Of a stretch of 31,704 nt of DNA, positions 8,908-18,000 are shown one piece after another. The notes under the pieces were generated by a model. That model ran no database searches and was not told the origin of the DNA. It worked only from the letters and a program-made list of their open reading frames with translations. The stretch spans positions 89,311 to 121,014 of IMG/VR virus record IMGVR_UViG_3300000970_000007; one strand, given 5' to 3'. How positions within the stretch are numbered: the first letter of the stretch is position 1; every line of letters begins with the position of its first letter. A program made the translations under genes and the position numbers. This DNA comes from a virus.

Positions 8908-10066
8908 ATGGTACAATGAAAAAGACAACCATGCTATAGCTAGAAACCTTTTAAAACTTGGATTCAAAAATTTTAGCTATGGAAAGTCTAGCAGTTTACT
9001 GACCAATGGAAGAAGTACTTGGTATATTGAAGAGTTAGAAAATAAACAAGTTTCTATATGGTTAGGAGAAAGTATTAAAAGTTCTTTAATTTGTTTGAAA
9101 ACATATGTTAAAGAATATATTCCTTTTGTTAAACCCAAATTATTACTTACTTGTTCAGGGGGGGAGACCTCAATGTTTATGGTAATATGGTGTTGGAGAA
9201 ACTTGCAAGATAAATATGACATGAAAATTGTATTTGCAAACACAGGGCAAGAAGAAGACGCTACGTTAGACTTTATTGTAAAGTCAATGAAAAAGTTTAA
9301 CCTACCTGTAGATTGGATTGAACCTGTAGTACATCATGGGAAAAGAAAAGGTTGTACTCATAAATTTGTCACAGTAGACGAAGCTACTAGGAAGTATGAT
9401 TGGAAATATAGAGATGACACACCTTTTGAAGAGGTTGTTAAAAAGTATGGGATTCCTAACCATAGTAGACTTCATTGTACTAGAGAGTTGAAGATGAATC
9501 CTATAAAATCATATGCTAAGTCATTTTGGGGTAAAGAAAAATATACATTAGCATTAGGTATAAGAATGGATGAGATGGATCGTGTAAATAGTAAGCACAA
9601 GGATTTAGGACTTTTATACCCATTGATTAGTGGTTCATATCAGCCAATGACAAAAAAGCATATAAATTTTTGGTGGAGTCAACAGGAATTTAGGTTAAAT
9701 TTAAAAGGCTACCAAGGAAATTGTATAACTTGTTATAAGAAATCTAAAAATAAAATTCTAACTCTGATTAATGAAAATAAAGAAGATTTTAAGTTTTTTA
9801 AATATATAGAAAGCAAGTACGGTAACCCAAATGGTAAAATTCCTAAAAAAATACAATATGAATATTTGAATGAAGAAGGTAATTTAGCTACAGGTTTTGA
9901 AATGGAAAAATTAGATAAAAAAGAATATAAAAACGTATTCTTCAGGAATTTTCAGTCTGTTGAAGAGCTTATAGAAGAAGCAAAAAAATTTGATAAAAAT
10001 ATAAAAGATGACCATGTTGAAACAGAGAGTTGTGAAATTTTTTCAGGGTGTGGTGAAGATATTTAA
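8900..10066 (+). CDS. PAPS reductase-like adenine nucleotide alpha-hydrolase (PP-loop) protein
   Basis: CSGGETS PP-loop, VFANTGQE, CTRELK, GIRMDE, YPLI, GNCITCYKK and a C-terminal Cys cluster. Confidence 0.85.
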   Translation: MSKWYNEKDNHAIARNLLKLGFKNFSYGKSSSLLTNGRSTWYIEELENKQVSIWLGESIKSSLICLKTYVKEYIPFVKPKLLLTCSGGETSMFMVIWCWRNLQDKYDMKIVFANTGQEEDATLDFIVKSMKKFNLPVDWIEPVVHHGKRKGCTHKFVTVDEATRKYDWKYRDDTPFEEVVKKYGIPNHSRLHCTRELKMNPIKSYAKSFWGKEKYTLALGIRMDEMDRVNSKHKDLGLLYPLISGSYQPMTKKHINFWWSQQEFRLNLKGYQGNCITCYKKSKNKILTLINENKEDFKFFKYIESKYGNPNGKIPKKIQYEYLNEEGNLATGFEMEKLDKKEYKNVFFRNFQSVEELIEEAKKFDKNIKDDHVETESCEIFSGCGEDI

Positions 10067-10130
10067 TCCTAGTAGACATATTAAGTTGAAATAAGATTAG
10101 AAGAATTTAAAATAAATAAAGTATAAAATT

Positions 10131-10400
10131 ATGAATAAAAATATTATAATTGAAAAACCAGAGATAATAAGTTATGAAATAGCTTTAGGTATATTTAAAA
10201 AATATGTAAAATTAAAAAGTTCTAAGGAGGAAAAGAAAGACTATGAGAAAGATATGTTCTCTTTAACTAACTATAAGGAAATAATCCCAAACATTTATAG
10301 ACCAAAAGAACAATATTCTTCAATTAAATATAAAGGTAAATACTACCATATATCAGTAAGAAATACTGAACAAAACATCTTAGTTAAAATATCAAATTAA
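10131..10400 (+). CDS. Hypothetical protein
   Basis: 89-aa ORF with an AAAATTATG leader. Confidence 0.7.
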   Translation: MNKNIIIEKPEIISYEIALGIFKKYVKLKSSKEEKKDYEKDMFSLTNYKEIIPNIYRPKEQYSSIKYKGKYYHISVRNTEQNILVKISN

Positions 10401-10403
10401 AAT

Positions 10404-10969
10404 ATGAGATTAAAATATAAATTAATTAAAGAATATCCAGGTTCACCTAAACTAAAAACTATAACAAGTATAGATACTGAATATTTAACAGAAGATACCT
10501 ACAGAAACTTTCCAGAGTTTTGGGAAAAGGTTGAAGAAAAAGAAGAGGTAAGTGTAGGTTTACTAAACTTACTGATTTAGATAATAATATATTCTCAACT
10601 AAAGAATCTGCTGAAGTTGAATTAAACTCTAGAATAGTAGTTCAATGTGAAGACGGGGATGTTAGAGGAGAAAATGTACCTATTTATTGTCTACTAACAA
10701 AAGCACAATGGCAAACAGATACTCACTCTAGTTTAAATTTGTGGAGAAATAAAGTTTTAGAAAGTAAAAATGGTCTATCTGATAAGTGGTTACTTTTTAA
10801 AAGTGAGAAAAATAGAGATGAGTATAGAGAACAGAATATTCCTAAATATAGTGAGAAAGAGGTAGAGACTATTAAAAACATCATAGGGATTTTGGAAGAG
10901 TTGGAAAGACCCATTAACATTGACTTCAAACACGGTGCTTTTAGTACTAACCCTTATAGATTTGAGTAA
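10404..10969 (+). pseudogene. Frameshifted hypothetical phage gene
   Basis: ORF 10404-10580 (MRLKYKLIKEYPGSPKL...FPEFWEKV) overlaps a -1 frame that is open from 10535 to 10969 with no ATG. Confidence 0.65.
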
Positions 10970-10985
10970 AATAAGAAAAGAAAAC

Positions 10986-11016
10986 TTGTAATATCAGAAA
11001 CAATTACCTAGATTTG
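10986..11016 (+). promoter_or_regulatory. Bacteroidota-type promoter
   Basis: TTG-N20-TAGATTTG. Confidence 0.75.
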
Positions 11017-11052
11017 TAATTAAAATGTAAAATAAATAAAAACCAATAAATT

Positions 11053-11322
11053 ATGAAAAGAGAAGAGTTAATTTCAGTAGACAGTAAAGATAAGAAAGTA
11101 GTCTATGATAAACTAATAAAAAGTGATGTAAAATTTTTAAACAGAACTATTAGAAATTTAGAAGACTCCATTGAAGATAGTGAAAGTAGTCTTGAAGATA
11201 GATTATCTTCTATAACACCTATAGATTCTTCAGTAGTTGAATCTTTATATGGTAATATTACAGATCAAAAAGCTAAATTAAAAATGTACCAAGATTTTAA
11301 ATCTGAATACTATGGAGCTTAG
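11053..11322 (+). CDS. Coiled-coil hypothetical protein
   Basis: 89-aa helical ORF after the promoter, overlapping the ATPase start. Confidence 0.8.
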   Translation: MKREELISVDSKDKKVVYDKLIKSDVKFLNRTIRNLEDSIEDSESSLEDRLSSITPIDSSVVESLYGNITDQKAKLKMYQDFKSEYYGA

Positions 11323-12595
11323 ATTTATAACAGACACTAAAATTTCCCCATTGCACTTAACAACAATGGGGAACAGTGCTAAAAGAGGAGATGAGACAAC
11401 TGTAGGTCAATTTGATAGTGGATTAAAGTTTGCAATAGCTATAATGGTTAGAAATGATATAGATTTTAAAGTAGAAACTATTTCTAACTCCTATAAAGAT
11501 ACATTTACTTTTGAAGTTGATAATATAGTATGTGAAGAGACCAAAGTTGAAAAAAATTTAATAGTATGTTTAAGGTCCAGAAAATATAATGATATAGAAA
11601 AAGTAGAAGTTAAAAGGTTTCCTACTAGTTTTTCAAAAGAAATGGGATTTAACTGGGAACCATGGATGGTTATACGAGAGCTTTATAGTAACTCAATAGA
11701 CGAAGGTGGATATATGATAATAAACCCTGATAAAGATCATCATGGAATTACTACAATGACTGTAGACATAACAGAAAGTAGTGTTTTACATAAGTCTATT
11801 ACTAATATAAATAACTATATATTACTAGAAAAACCAGAATTACTTTTTAAAGATTCTAATACTGAAATATATTTAAATAATAATCCTGATGGTAAATTAA
11901 GAATTTATAAACAAGAAATATTAGTACATGAAAACTTAGAAATAGATTCTAAGTTTATTTATAATTTAAAATATGGAAAATTAGATGAAAGAAGAATTTT
12001 ATTAAATGTACATGAGTTACCAGGTAATATAATTAGAAAATTACAATCTTGTAAGGAACAAAAAGTAATAGAATATTTACTTACACAATGTAATGATATT
12101 TCTGAAAAAGATTTTATAAAAGAAAATTATTCTTATAATAATACTCCTTGTAAAGAAGCAAACGAGTTTGCATGTAAAATAGAGTTAGAAAATGGAGAAG
12201 TTAAATCATATGGGTGGTATATAGAAGGGTTACAAAAAAGAGAAGATTGTAAAATATCAGGTAGAAAAATAGAAACTATTGAAGATTCATTATGGTCTTA
12301 TCATAATACAGTGACTGTTGAATCTAGTCCTGTAGTTGATAAAAAGAAAACTTTAGTAGAGGAAATTGAATCAAAATATGATATAAAAATAGAAGCTGAA
12401 GTAAAAAAATGTAAATTAAAAGGTAGTAAAGTAGTGTCTGATTCATTTAATAATTGTATTTTAGTAGCTGAAGATTTTTCACTTGATGAGGATATGTCAG
12501 AACTTATTGTACAGTACATTGATTTAAAAAAAGATAAATATATCAATATAATAAAAGCACTCAGCGATTTTGTAGTAGAAAAAATAAAAAAATAA
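11312..12595 (+). CDS. GHKL (HSP90-like) ATPase-domain protein with permuted motif order
   Basis: MGNSAK...VGQFDSGLK (lid/G2 box) near the N-terminus and IRELYSNSIDEG (N box) about 90 residues later. Confidence 0.7.
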   Translation: MELRFITDTKISPLHLTTMGNSAKRGDETTVGQFDSGLKFAIAIMVRNDIDFKVETISNSYKDTFTFEVDNIVCEETKVEKNLIVCLRSRKYNDIEKVEVKRFPTSFSKEMGFNWEPWMVIRELYSNSIDEGGYMIINPDKDHHGITTMTVDITESSVLHKSITNINNYILLEKPELLFKDSNTEIYLNNNPDGKLRIYKQEILVHENLEIDSKFIYNLKYGKLDERRILLNVHELPGNIIRKLQSCKEQKVIEYLLTQCNDISEKDFIKENYSYNNTPCKEANEFACKIELENGEVKSYGWYIEGLQKREDCKISGRKIETIEDSLWSYHNTVTVESSPVVDKKKTLVEEIESKYDIKIEAEVKKCKLKGSKVVSDSFNNCILVAEDFSLDEDMSELIVQYIDLKKDKYINIIKALSDFVVEKIKK

Positions 12596-13162
12596 ATGTA
12601 TCTAAACTATAAACTAGGAATAAAGAGAGGTTATTCATTTGAAGAAATAAATACAATACAGTTAATACATCAACATAAACTTGATAACTCTTTAGAAGTG
12701 CTTAAATTAATACCTAGACCTGTTTATTCAAAGTTAAATAGTAAAGGTATATTACATTTTGTAAAACCAAAGAATAAAAAACAAGAGGTTATTGATACTA
12801 TAAGGTTATCTAAAAAAGGTAGAAACTTACTAAGAGATTTACAAGGTTATCAAGTTGTTGAAGAAGATTTCTTATTATACGACTATATTGTAAAAGTATT
12901 CAAAGTTTTAGATAAAGATATAGAACCTAAAAATAAGATAGTCTCATTGATAGCTTTCTTTAGATTAGAAACAGGGATGACTCATAGAGAAATTTATTCA
13001 TTAGTTAAAGAATATGTTAGTGATGAAGATAATATGAAATTCACACATCGCATGTCATATATGTTTTTTAAAGGAGAGAACATCTTTCAGAAACCTACCC
13101 TCGAACAGAGTAGATTATATAATTATTATTTAAAAATAAAAGAAAATGAACAAAATATATAA
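12596..13162 (+). CDS. Hypothetical protein, possibly a replication-associated DNA-binding protein
   Basis: 188-aa basic ORF upstream of the helicase. The function is inferred from context only. Confidence 0.7.
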   Translation: MYLNYKLGIKRGYSFEEINTIQLIHQHKLDNSLEVLKLIPRPVYSKLNSKGILHFVKPKNKKQEVIDTIRLSKKGRNLLRDLQGYQVVEEDFLLYDYIVKVFKVLDKDIEPKNKIVSLIAFFRLETGMTHREIYSLVKEYVSDEDNMKFTHRMSYMFFKGENIFQKPTLEQSRLYNYYLKIKENEQNI

Positions 13163-13892
13163 AGGAGATTGTTTAGATTTAATGCCAATACATATAAAAG
13201 ATAAAACCATTGATTTAATATTTGCAGACTTACCCTATGGTACTACTAATTGTAAATGGGATTCCAATATTAATCTAACTGAGTTGTGGAACGAATATAA
13301 AAGAGTTTTAAAAGACACAGGAGTTGTTTTATTATTTGCACAAACACCTTTTGACAAGGTTCTAGGAGCGTCTAATTTAAAAATGTTAAGGTATGAATGG
13401 ATTTGGGAAAAGACACAAGCAACAGGTCATTTAAATGCAAAGAAAATGCCTATGAAAGCCCATGAAAATATCCTGGTATTTTATAACAAACTACCTACTT
13501 ATAATTATATAAAAACAAAAGGACATGTTAGAAAAGTAGCAAGTAAAAAAAGTAGAGATAAGTGTATTGAAAGGACAAATGAGAAAGAAAGTTATCTATA
13601 TAATAAACAAGATGTTTCTAAAAATAAAGGGTACGATTCTACTGAAAGATATCCTAGAAGTGTATTGAAATTCCCTAGTGATAAACAAAAATCAAGTTTA
13701 CATCCTACACAAAAACCAATAGATCTTCTAAAATACATGATAAAAACATATAGTAATCCAGGAGACTTGGTATTGGATAATGTAGCAGGAAGTGGTTCTA
13801 CAGGCTTGGCTTGTAAAGAGTTAGGTAGGAATTTCATACTTATGGAAAAAGAAGAAAATTATTATAAAACATGTATTAATAGATTAAAATAA
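13146..13892 (+). CDS. N6-adenine/N4-cytosine DNA methyltransferase (beta class)
   Basis: GDCL, DLPY (DPPY variant), HPTQKP and LDNVAGSGST. Confidence 0.93.
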   Translation: MNKIYKGDCLDLMPIHIKDKTIDLIFADLPYGTTNCKWDSNINLTELWNEYKRVLKDTGVVLLFAQTPFDKVLGASNLKMLRYEWIWEKTQATGHLNAKKMPMKAHENILVFYNKLPTYNYIKTKGHVRKVASKKSRDKCIERTNEKESYLYNKQDVSKNKGYDSTERYPRSVLKFPSDKQKSSLHPTQKPIDLLKYMIKTYSNPGDLVLDNVAGSGSTGLACKELGRNFILMEKEENYYKTCINRLK

Positions 13893-13898
13893 AAGAAA

Positions 13899-14237
13899 AT
13901 GAAAAGACATAATCCTAAATACATAGTTAGTATAGAAGTATTAGATTTTAGAAAAGATACTGTATTTGAGTATAAACCAGAACATAAATACTTTTTTGGC
14001 TTATTTACAGAAAAAGAGCAAATAAATAAGATACACAAACCTTCTTATATTTATAAACAAGATTCTTTACCAGATGAATGTGAAAGAAGAGGTAATGAAA
14101 TATGGTATAAACCTAGAGTAATTATTTCATTTATAGATGGATCTTATGTTAAGAAACATTTTAACACATGTGGAGAAGCCTTAGAGTATGCTACATATAA
14201 GGAAAATGCGGCAGGTGGTAAATTTATAAAGGAGTAA
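13899..14237 (+). CDS. Hypothetical protein
   Basis: 112-aa ORF. Confidence 0.75.
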   Translation: MKRHNPKYIVSIEVLDFRKDTVFEYKPEHKYFFGLFTEKEQINKIHKPSYIYKQDSLPDECERRGNEIWYKPRVIISFIDGSYVKKHFNTCGEALEYATYKENAAGGKFIKE

Positions 14238-14249
14238 TAAAGGGTAAAT

Positions 14250-15338
14250 ATGATAAAGGCAGCTAAGGCTTTAGTAGATCAAGCAAAAAGAGAGTTATAT
14301 AAACTGCAAATTGGTGAAAAGAAGTTGGTAAGGACAGGAAGACCTGAATTAGATGGGGCTTTAAATGGGTTATTACCTTCAGATGTTATTGTTATATCAG
14401 GTCTATCTGGAAGTGGTAAAACATATTATATGGAAGAGTTGAGAAAAAACATAATGTCTAAATCCTTAAATGATAATAGTGATAATTTTTTATCACTATC
14501 TTACAACTGGGAGATGAAGACCTTTTCTCTTTTATTAAGAGGTTTGTCTCAAGCCACAGGTGTTTCTAAAAAATCTTTGATAGAATCACCTTTAGACGAT
14601 GAAGAATTAAAATTAGCTAAAGTTTTTTCAGACAATTATTCTGATCCACGGAACTTCATTAACCAAGATCCTTGTACTCCTCTAGATTTCTTTAACCAAA
14701 CTGATAAGTTTCTATCTGAAAATACAGATAAAGAAGGTATTTTTGTTTCACTAGATCACGCAAGTTTAATTAATGGTTCCAACAAGCAAGACGCTATAAG
14801 GGAGTTAGTTGAATATATAAACAAGTTAAAATTAAAGTATAGTAATGTTTACTTTATAATATTAGCTCAAATGAACAGAGATATTCTAAAAAGATGCGAA
14901 CAGGCTAGTAACTTAGCATTTCCTCGCCAAAGTGATTTAGAAAATTCGAGTACACTAACACAAATTGCTAGTTTTGTAGTTATGGTACACCAACCTTCTA
15001 AGGTGAATATTGATCTTTATGGTAAGATTAACCCTAATTATTATAATTATTTATTTGAACATCTAAGTGATACTGATTTAAATAAGACTAGTTTTCTAAC
15101 AGAAAATAGAGTTTTTTATCATTTAGTAAAATCAAGGGAGGCTGAGATTGGAGATAAAACCTTATTTATAAGTCACGTTAACAAACATGAGACATCTTTA
15201 CCTAAATCAACTAAAACATTACTTAAAGAAATAGAAGCTCCAAGCTTCGAAGATCAATTAAAGGATGCTGTAATTAAACCAAATACAGATTTCGATGATA
15301 TGTTATTTGAAAACGAAGATACCGATAGTCCTTTTTAA
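14250..15338 (+). CDS. dnaB: DnaB-like replicative helicase
   Basis: TGRPELD, Walker A GLSGSGKT, LDH, LAQMNR, PRQSDLENSS and VKSRE. Confidence 0.9.
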   Translation: MIKAAKALVDQAKRELYKLQIGEKKLVRTGRPELDGALNGLLPSDVIVISGLSGSGKTYYMEELRKNIMSKSLNDNSDNFLSLSYNWEMKTFSLLLRGLSQATGVSKKSLIESPLDDEELKLAKVFSDNYSDPRNFINQDPCTPLDFFNQTDKFLSENTDKEGIFVSLDHASLINGSNKQDAIRELVEYINKLKLKYSNVYFIILAQMNRDILKRCEQASNLAFPRQSDLENSSTLTQIASFVVMVHQPSKVNIDLYGKINPNYYNYLFEHLSDTDLNKTSFLTENRVFYHLVKSREAEIGDKTLFISHVNKHETSLPKSTKTLLKEIEAPSFEDQLKDAVIKPNTDFDDMLFENEDTDSPF

Positions 15339-15351
15339 AACTAAAAAAAAA

Positions 15352-15585
15352 ATGAAATCAATAGACAACTTAATAGAAGCATATTTAAAAATAATTGATC
15401 CAGTAGTTTTAACTTCTAAACTATCCAAGGATGAATTTAGAAGGTGGGTAGAAATAGGAGAAGGAGAAGATAAGGATGAATATAAAACAAGCTTACAACT
15501 TGCTTTAAAATCTTTCGAAACAGCTGAAATTTTCGAATATTGTCAAATAATTAAAGAAAAATTAGATTCTCTAGTTGATAATTGA
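15352..15585 (+). CDS. Hypothetical protein
   Basis: ATG at 15352 after an A run is preferred over 15295. Confidence 0.7.
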   Translation: MKSIDNLIEAYLKIIDPVVLTSKLSKDEFRRWVEIGEGEDKDEYKTSLQLALKSFETAEIFEYCQIIKEKLDSLVDN

Positions 15586-15604
15586 ATATTTTTATTTAAG
15601 TTTG
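15575..15604 (+). promoter_or_regulatory. Bacteroidota-type promoter
   Basis: TTG-N19-TAAGTTTG. Confidence 0.7.
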
Positions 15605-15620
15605 TTAAAAATAAATAATT

Positions 15621-16007
15621 ATGAAAAAGTATTTAATAATAATTTTCTTACTACTTAGTTTAATAACAAAAGCACAAACAGTAGATTCAGTTTATAACTA
15701 CTTGTTAGAAATAGGAGTTAAACACCCTGGTATTGTATTAGCACAGTCAATAGAAGAAACAGGATGGTACAAATCCTATTCTTGTAGAGTTAGAAAGAAT
15801 TTATTTGGTTTAACTAGGAACCACAAACTAGAGTATTTTAGTACATGGCAAGAGAGTTGTGATAAATATGTTAAGTGGGTTGAATACAAATATAAAGAAG
15901 GAGATTACTATGATTTTTTACATGAATTAGGTTATGCAACGAACCCTGATTATATTAAAAATGTAGATAAAATAAGAAAACAGTTAAAATTAAATAAAGA
16001 TGTTTAA
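15621..16007 (+). CDS. Secreted GH73/FlgJ-like peptidoglycan hydrolase (glucosaminidase family)
   Basis: Signal peptide MKKYLIIIFLLLSLITKA-Q, plus LAQSIEETGW, NLFGL and GYATNPDY. Confidence 0.85.
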   Translation: MKKYLIIIFLLLSLITKAQTVDSVYNYLLEIGVKHPGIVLAQSIEETGWYKSYSCRVRKNLFGLTRNHKLEYFSTWQESCDKYVKWVEYKYKEGDYYDFLHELGYATNPDYIKNVDKIRKQLKLNKDV

Positions 16008-16347
16008 AGTAGGTGACAAAATACAATGTATAGACGATTCAATACAAGGTCATACGTTGTTAGAATTAAGTAAGGACATGCCTAACTGGATAACCAAAGG
16101 TACTGAGTACACTATCAGAGAAATTAATGACAATAAAGGAATTGTCTTAGGTATTCTCCTAGAGGAAGTATCTAACCCAGTAAAATATTTCAAGTTAGTA
16201 GGCAGATTTCAAGAACCCGCTTTTGCTCAGTGGAGATTTAGAAAAATAGCAGACGCTCCTATTAAACTTGAAAGACTAGACGAAGTGAAAGTCACTAACC
16301 TAGAATTAGAAGATTATAGTTATGATGACTATGGTTATAAAAATTAA
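16000..16347 (+). CDS. Hypothetical protein
   Basis: 115-aa ORF with an MFKVGDKIQCID SH3-like start. Confidence 0.75.
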   Translation: MFKVGDKIQCIDDSIQGHTLLELSKDMPNWITKGTEYTIREINDNKGIVLGILLEEVSNPVKYFKLVGRFQEPAFAQWRFRKIADAPIKLERLDEVKVTNLELEDYSYDDYGYKN

Positions 16348-16351
16348 TGTT

Positions 16352-16717
16352 ATGAAAAACATAATAACAACACTTTTAATACTGTTTAATTTATCAGTAT
16401 TTTCACAATCATTCATTGGTAGAAAACTATCAGATGTTAAACTAACTTATAACACAACTGACTCTTACGACCAAAGTGTGTTTTATTTCAATGGTACTAA
16501 AGTAGTTCTTCAGTTAGAACAAGATATAATAGTAGCAGAAGCCTATGACATAAACTCTGAAAGTGACTACCATAAGACATTAAACCTATTGAATAGGTCT
16601 TATGAAAAAACTTCTTATTTAGACCATCAAGAGTTTGGAGAAGCATTTATACATAATGAATATAAGATTTTATGTTACAAAAAAGATTTCACTTTTATAT
16701 TTTTAATATATGATTAA
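16352..16717 (+). CDS. Hypothetical secreted protein
   Basis: Signal peptide MKNIITTLLILFNLSVFS-Q from the ATG at 16352. Confidence 0.7.
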   Translation: MKNIITTLLILFNLSVFSQSFIGRKLSDVKLTYNTTDSYDQSVFYFNGTKVVLQLEQDIIVAEAYDINSESDYHKTLNLLNRSYEKTSYLDHQEFGEAFIHNEYKILCYKKDFTFIFLIYD

Positions 16718-17714
16718 AGAAAACACTAAGGAGTACTTTCAATTAATAGCAACTAAAATGGCTGAAGCAGGTATTTCTTCTGTACCTCTTCGTCATGATA
16801 GTAAGTTACCTAGCTGTAAATGGAAACGTTGGCAAATAAGAACACCTAACAAAGAAGAGTTAGAAAAAGAGTTCAATAATGCAGGTGGGTTAGCTATAAT
16901 AACAGGTGTTAAGTTTGAAGGAAGCTCTAAACCATTCTTTTGTTTAGACTTTGATTTAAAGTATCAATTACCAGGTCAAGATTATTTCGGAGACTTTATG
17001 AAAAAAGTACCAACTGCTTTAAAAGAAAAGTTGGTAATAAATTCTACTAAAAACGGAGGTAAACATATTATTTTTAAATCAGACTATGTAGATAAAAGTA
17101 GAAAGTTGACAAGGAGATTAAAAACAGTTTCTGAAATTAATAATGATTATGAAAGGTTAGTAGAAGAAGGTGTTCCAGATGATAAAGCTAATTTATTAGC
17201 ACTTAAAAACAGATATGAGGTTGTAATTGAAAGTAGAAGCTCAAATTCTTACTATATATCTTATCATCGGCACTACCTCAGAGAGTACGGTAAACATTTT
17301 CAAGAAATAACTAAAGAAGAGGCTGAGTTTCTAGTTGAAATAGCACATTCCTTAGACGTAGAATATATGCCTTCTAAAAAGTACAAAGGTGATATAGAGC
17401 ATTTTGGAGTTATTAGAAGATTTAACGAAGATACTGATGCTGGTGAAATATTAAGAATGTTAGAAACGACTGGGATGTTTAATTATAAAGGAGAAACATA
17501 TAAAGGAGATATTAAAATATTAAGAGCAGGTAGTAAACAAAAACATTCAGGAGTAATATTTAGAGATAGCTCTGTATTGCATGTATTTAGTCAAAGTACC
17601 ATATTTGACACCTCTCTAAAGAATAGTTTCAGTCCTTTTGAAGTGTATTGTACTTGTAACAATTTAGATGAAGAACAAGCAATTGAAAAATTAAGTAAAG
17701 AAAATGTTGCTTAA
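16710..17714 (+). CDS. Bifunctional primase-polymerase (prim-pol/AEP) domain protein
   Basis: KLPSCKWKRWQ, GLAIITG, CLDFDLK, STKNGGKH and IESR motifs. Confidence 0.85.
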   Translation: MIKENTKEYFQLIATKMAEAGISSVPLRHDSKLPSCKWKRWQIRTPNKEELEKEFNNAGGLAIITGVKFEGSSKPFFCLDFDLKYQLPGQDYFGDFMKKVPTALKEKLVINSTKNGGKHIIFKSDYVDKSRKLTRRLKTVSEINNDYERLVEEGVPDDKANLLALKNRYEVVIESRSSNSYYISYHRHYLREYGKHFQEITKEEAEFLVEIAHSLDVEYMPSKKYKGDIEHFGVIRRFNEDTDAGEILRMLETTGMFNYKGETYKGDIKILRAGSKQKHSGVIFRDSSVLHVFSQSTIFDTSLKNSFSPFEVYCTCNNLDEEQAIEKLSKENVA

Positions 17715-17736
17715 TTAAAAATAATTATTACTTTTG
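17707..17736 (+). promoter_or_regulatory. Bacteroidota-type promoter
   Basis: TTG-N19-TACTTTTG. Confidence 0.7.
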
Positions 17737-17753
17737 TAAACAAATAAATAAAA

Positions 17754-17985
17754 ATGTTATGAAGTTTAAATACATCTTAAACAGATTAGAAAACTTACAT
17801 TACCTGATTTACCAGATAATGTAAGTAAAGGGTGTAATAGAAGTGAGTTTACATATAACGCTTATCAAATATATAGAATAATTTTACATCAATTAGCAAT
17901 TCATAATTAATGGAATAATGTTTATTCTTCAAGTGCATCGGAAAGTGGTAGTAGGGAGCTTATTAATATAAAATTAATACAATAG
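17754..17985 (+). pseudogene. Decayed hypothetical gene remnant
   Basis: After the promoter and ATG, one frame reads ...LPDLPDN...AYQIYRIILHQLAIHN*WNNVYSS...IKLIQ*, with stops at 17767 and 17908. Confidence 0.5.
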
Positions 17986-18000
17986 TAAAAACAAAATAAA

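Noticed and set aside
17829-17895. tRNA-like fold around GGTGTAA...TTACATC
   Set aside because: There is no T-loop (TTCRA) or D-loop consensus, and the region is better explained as a gene remnant.
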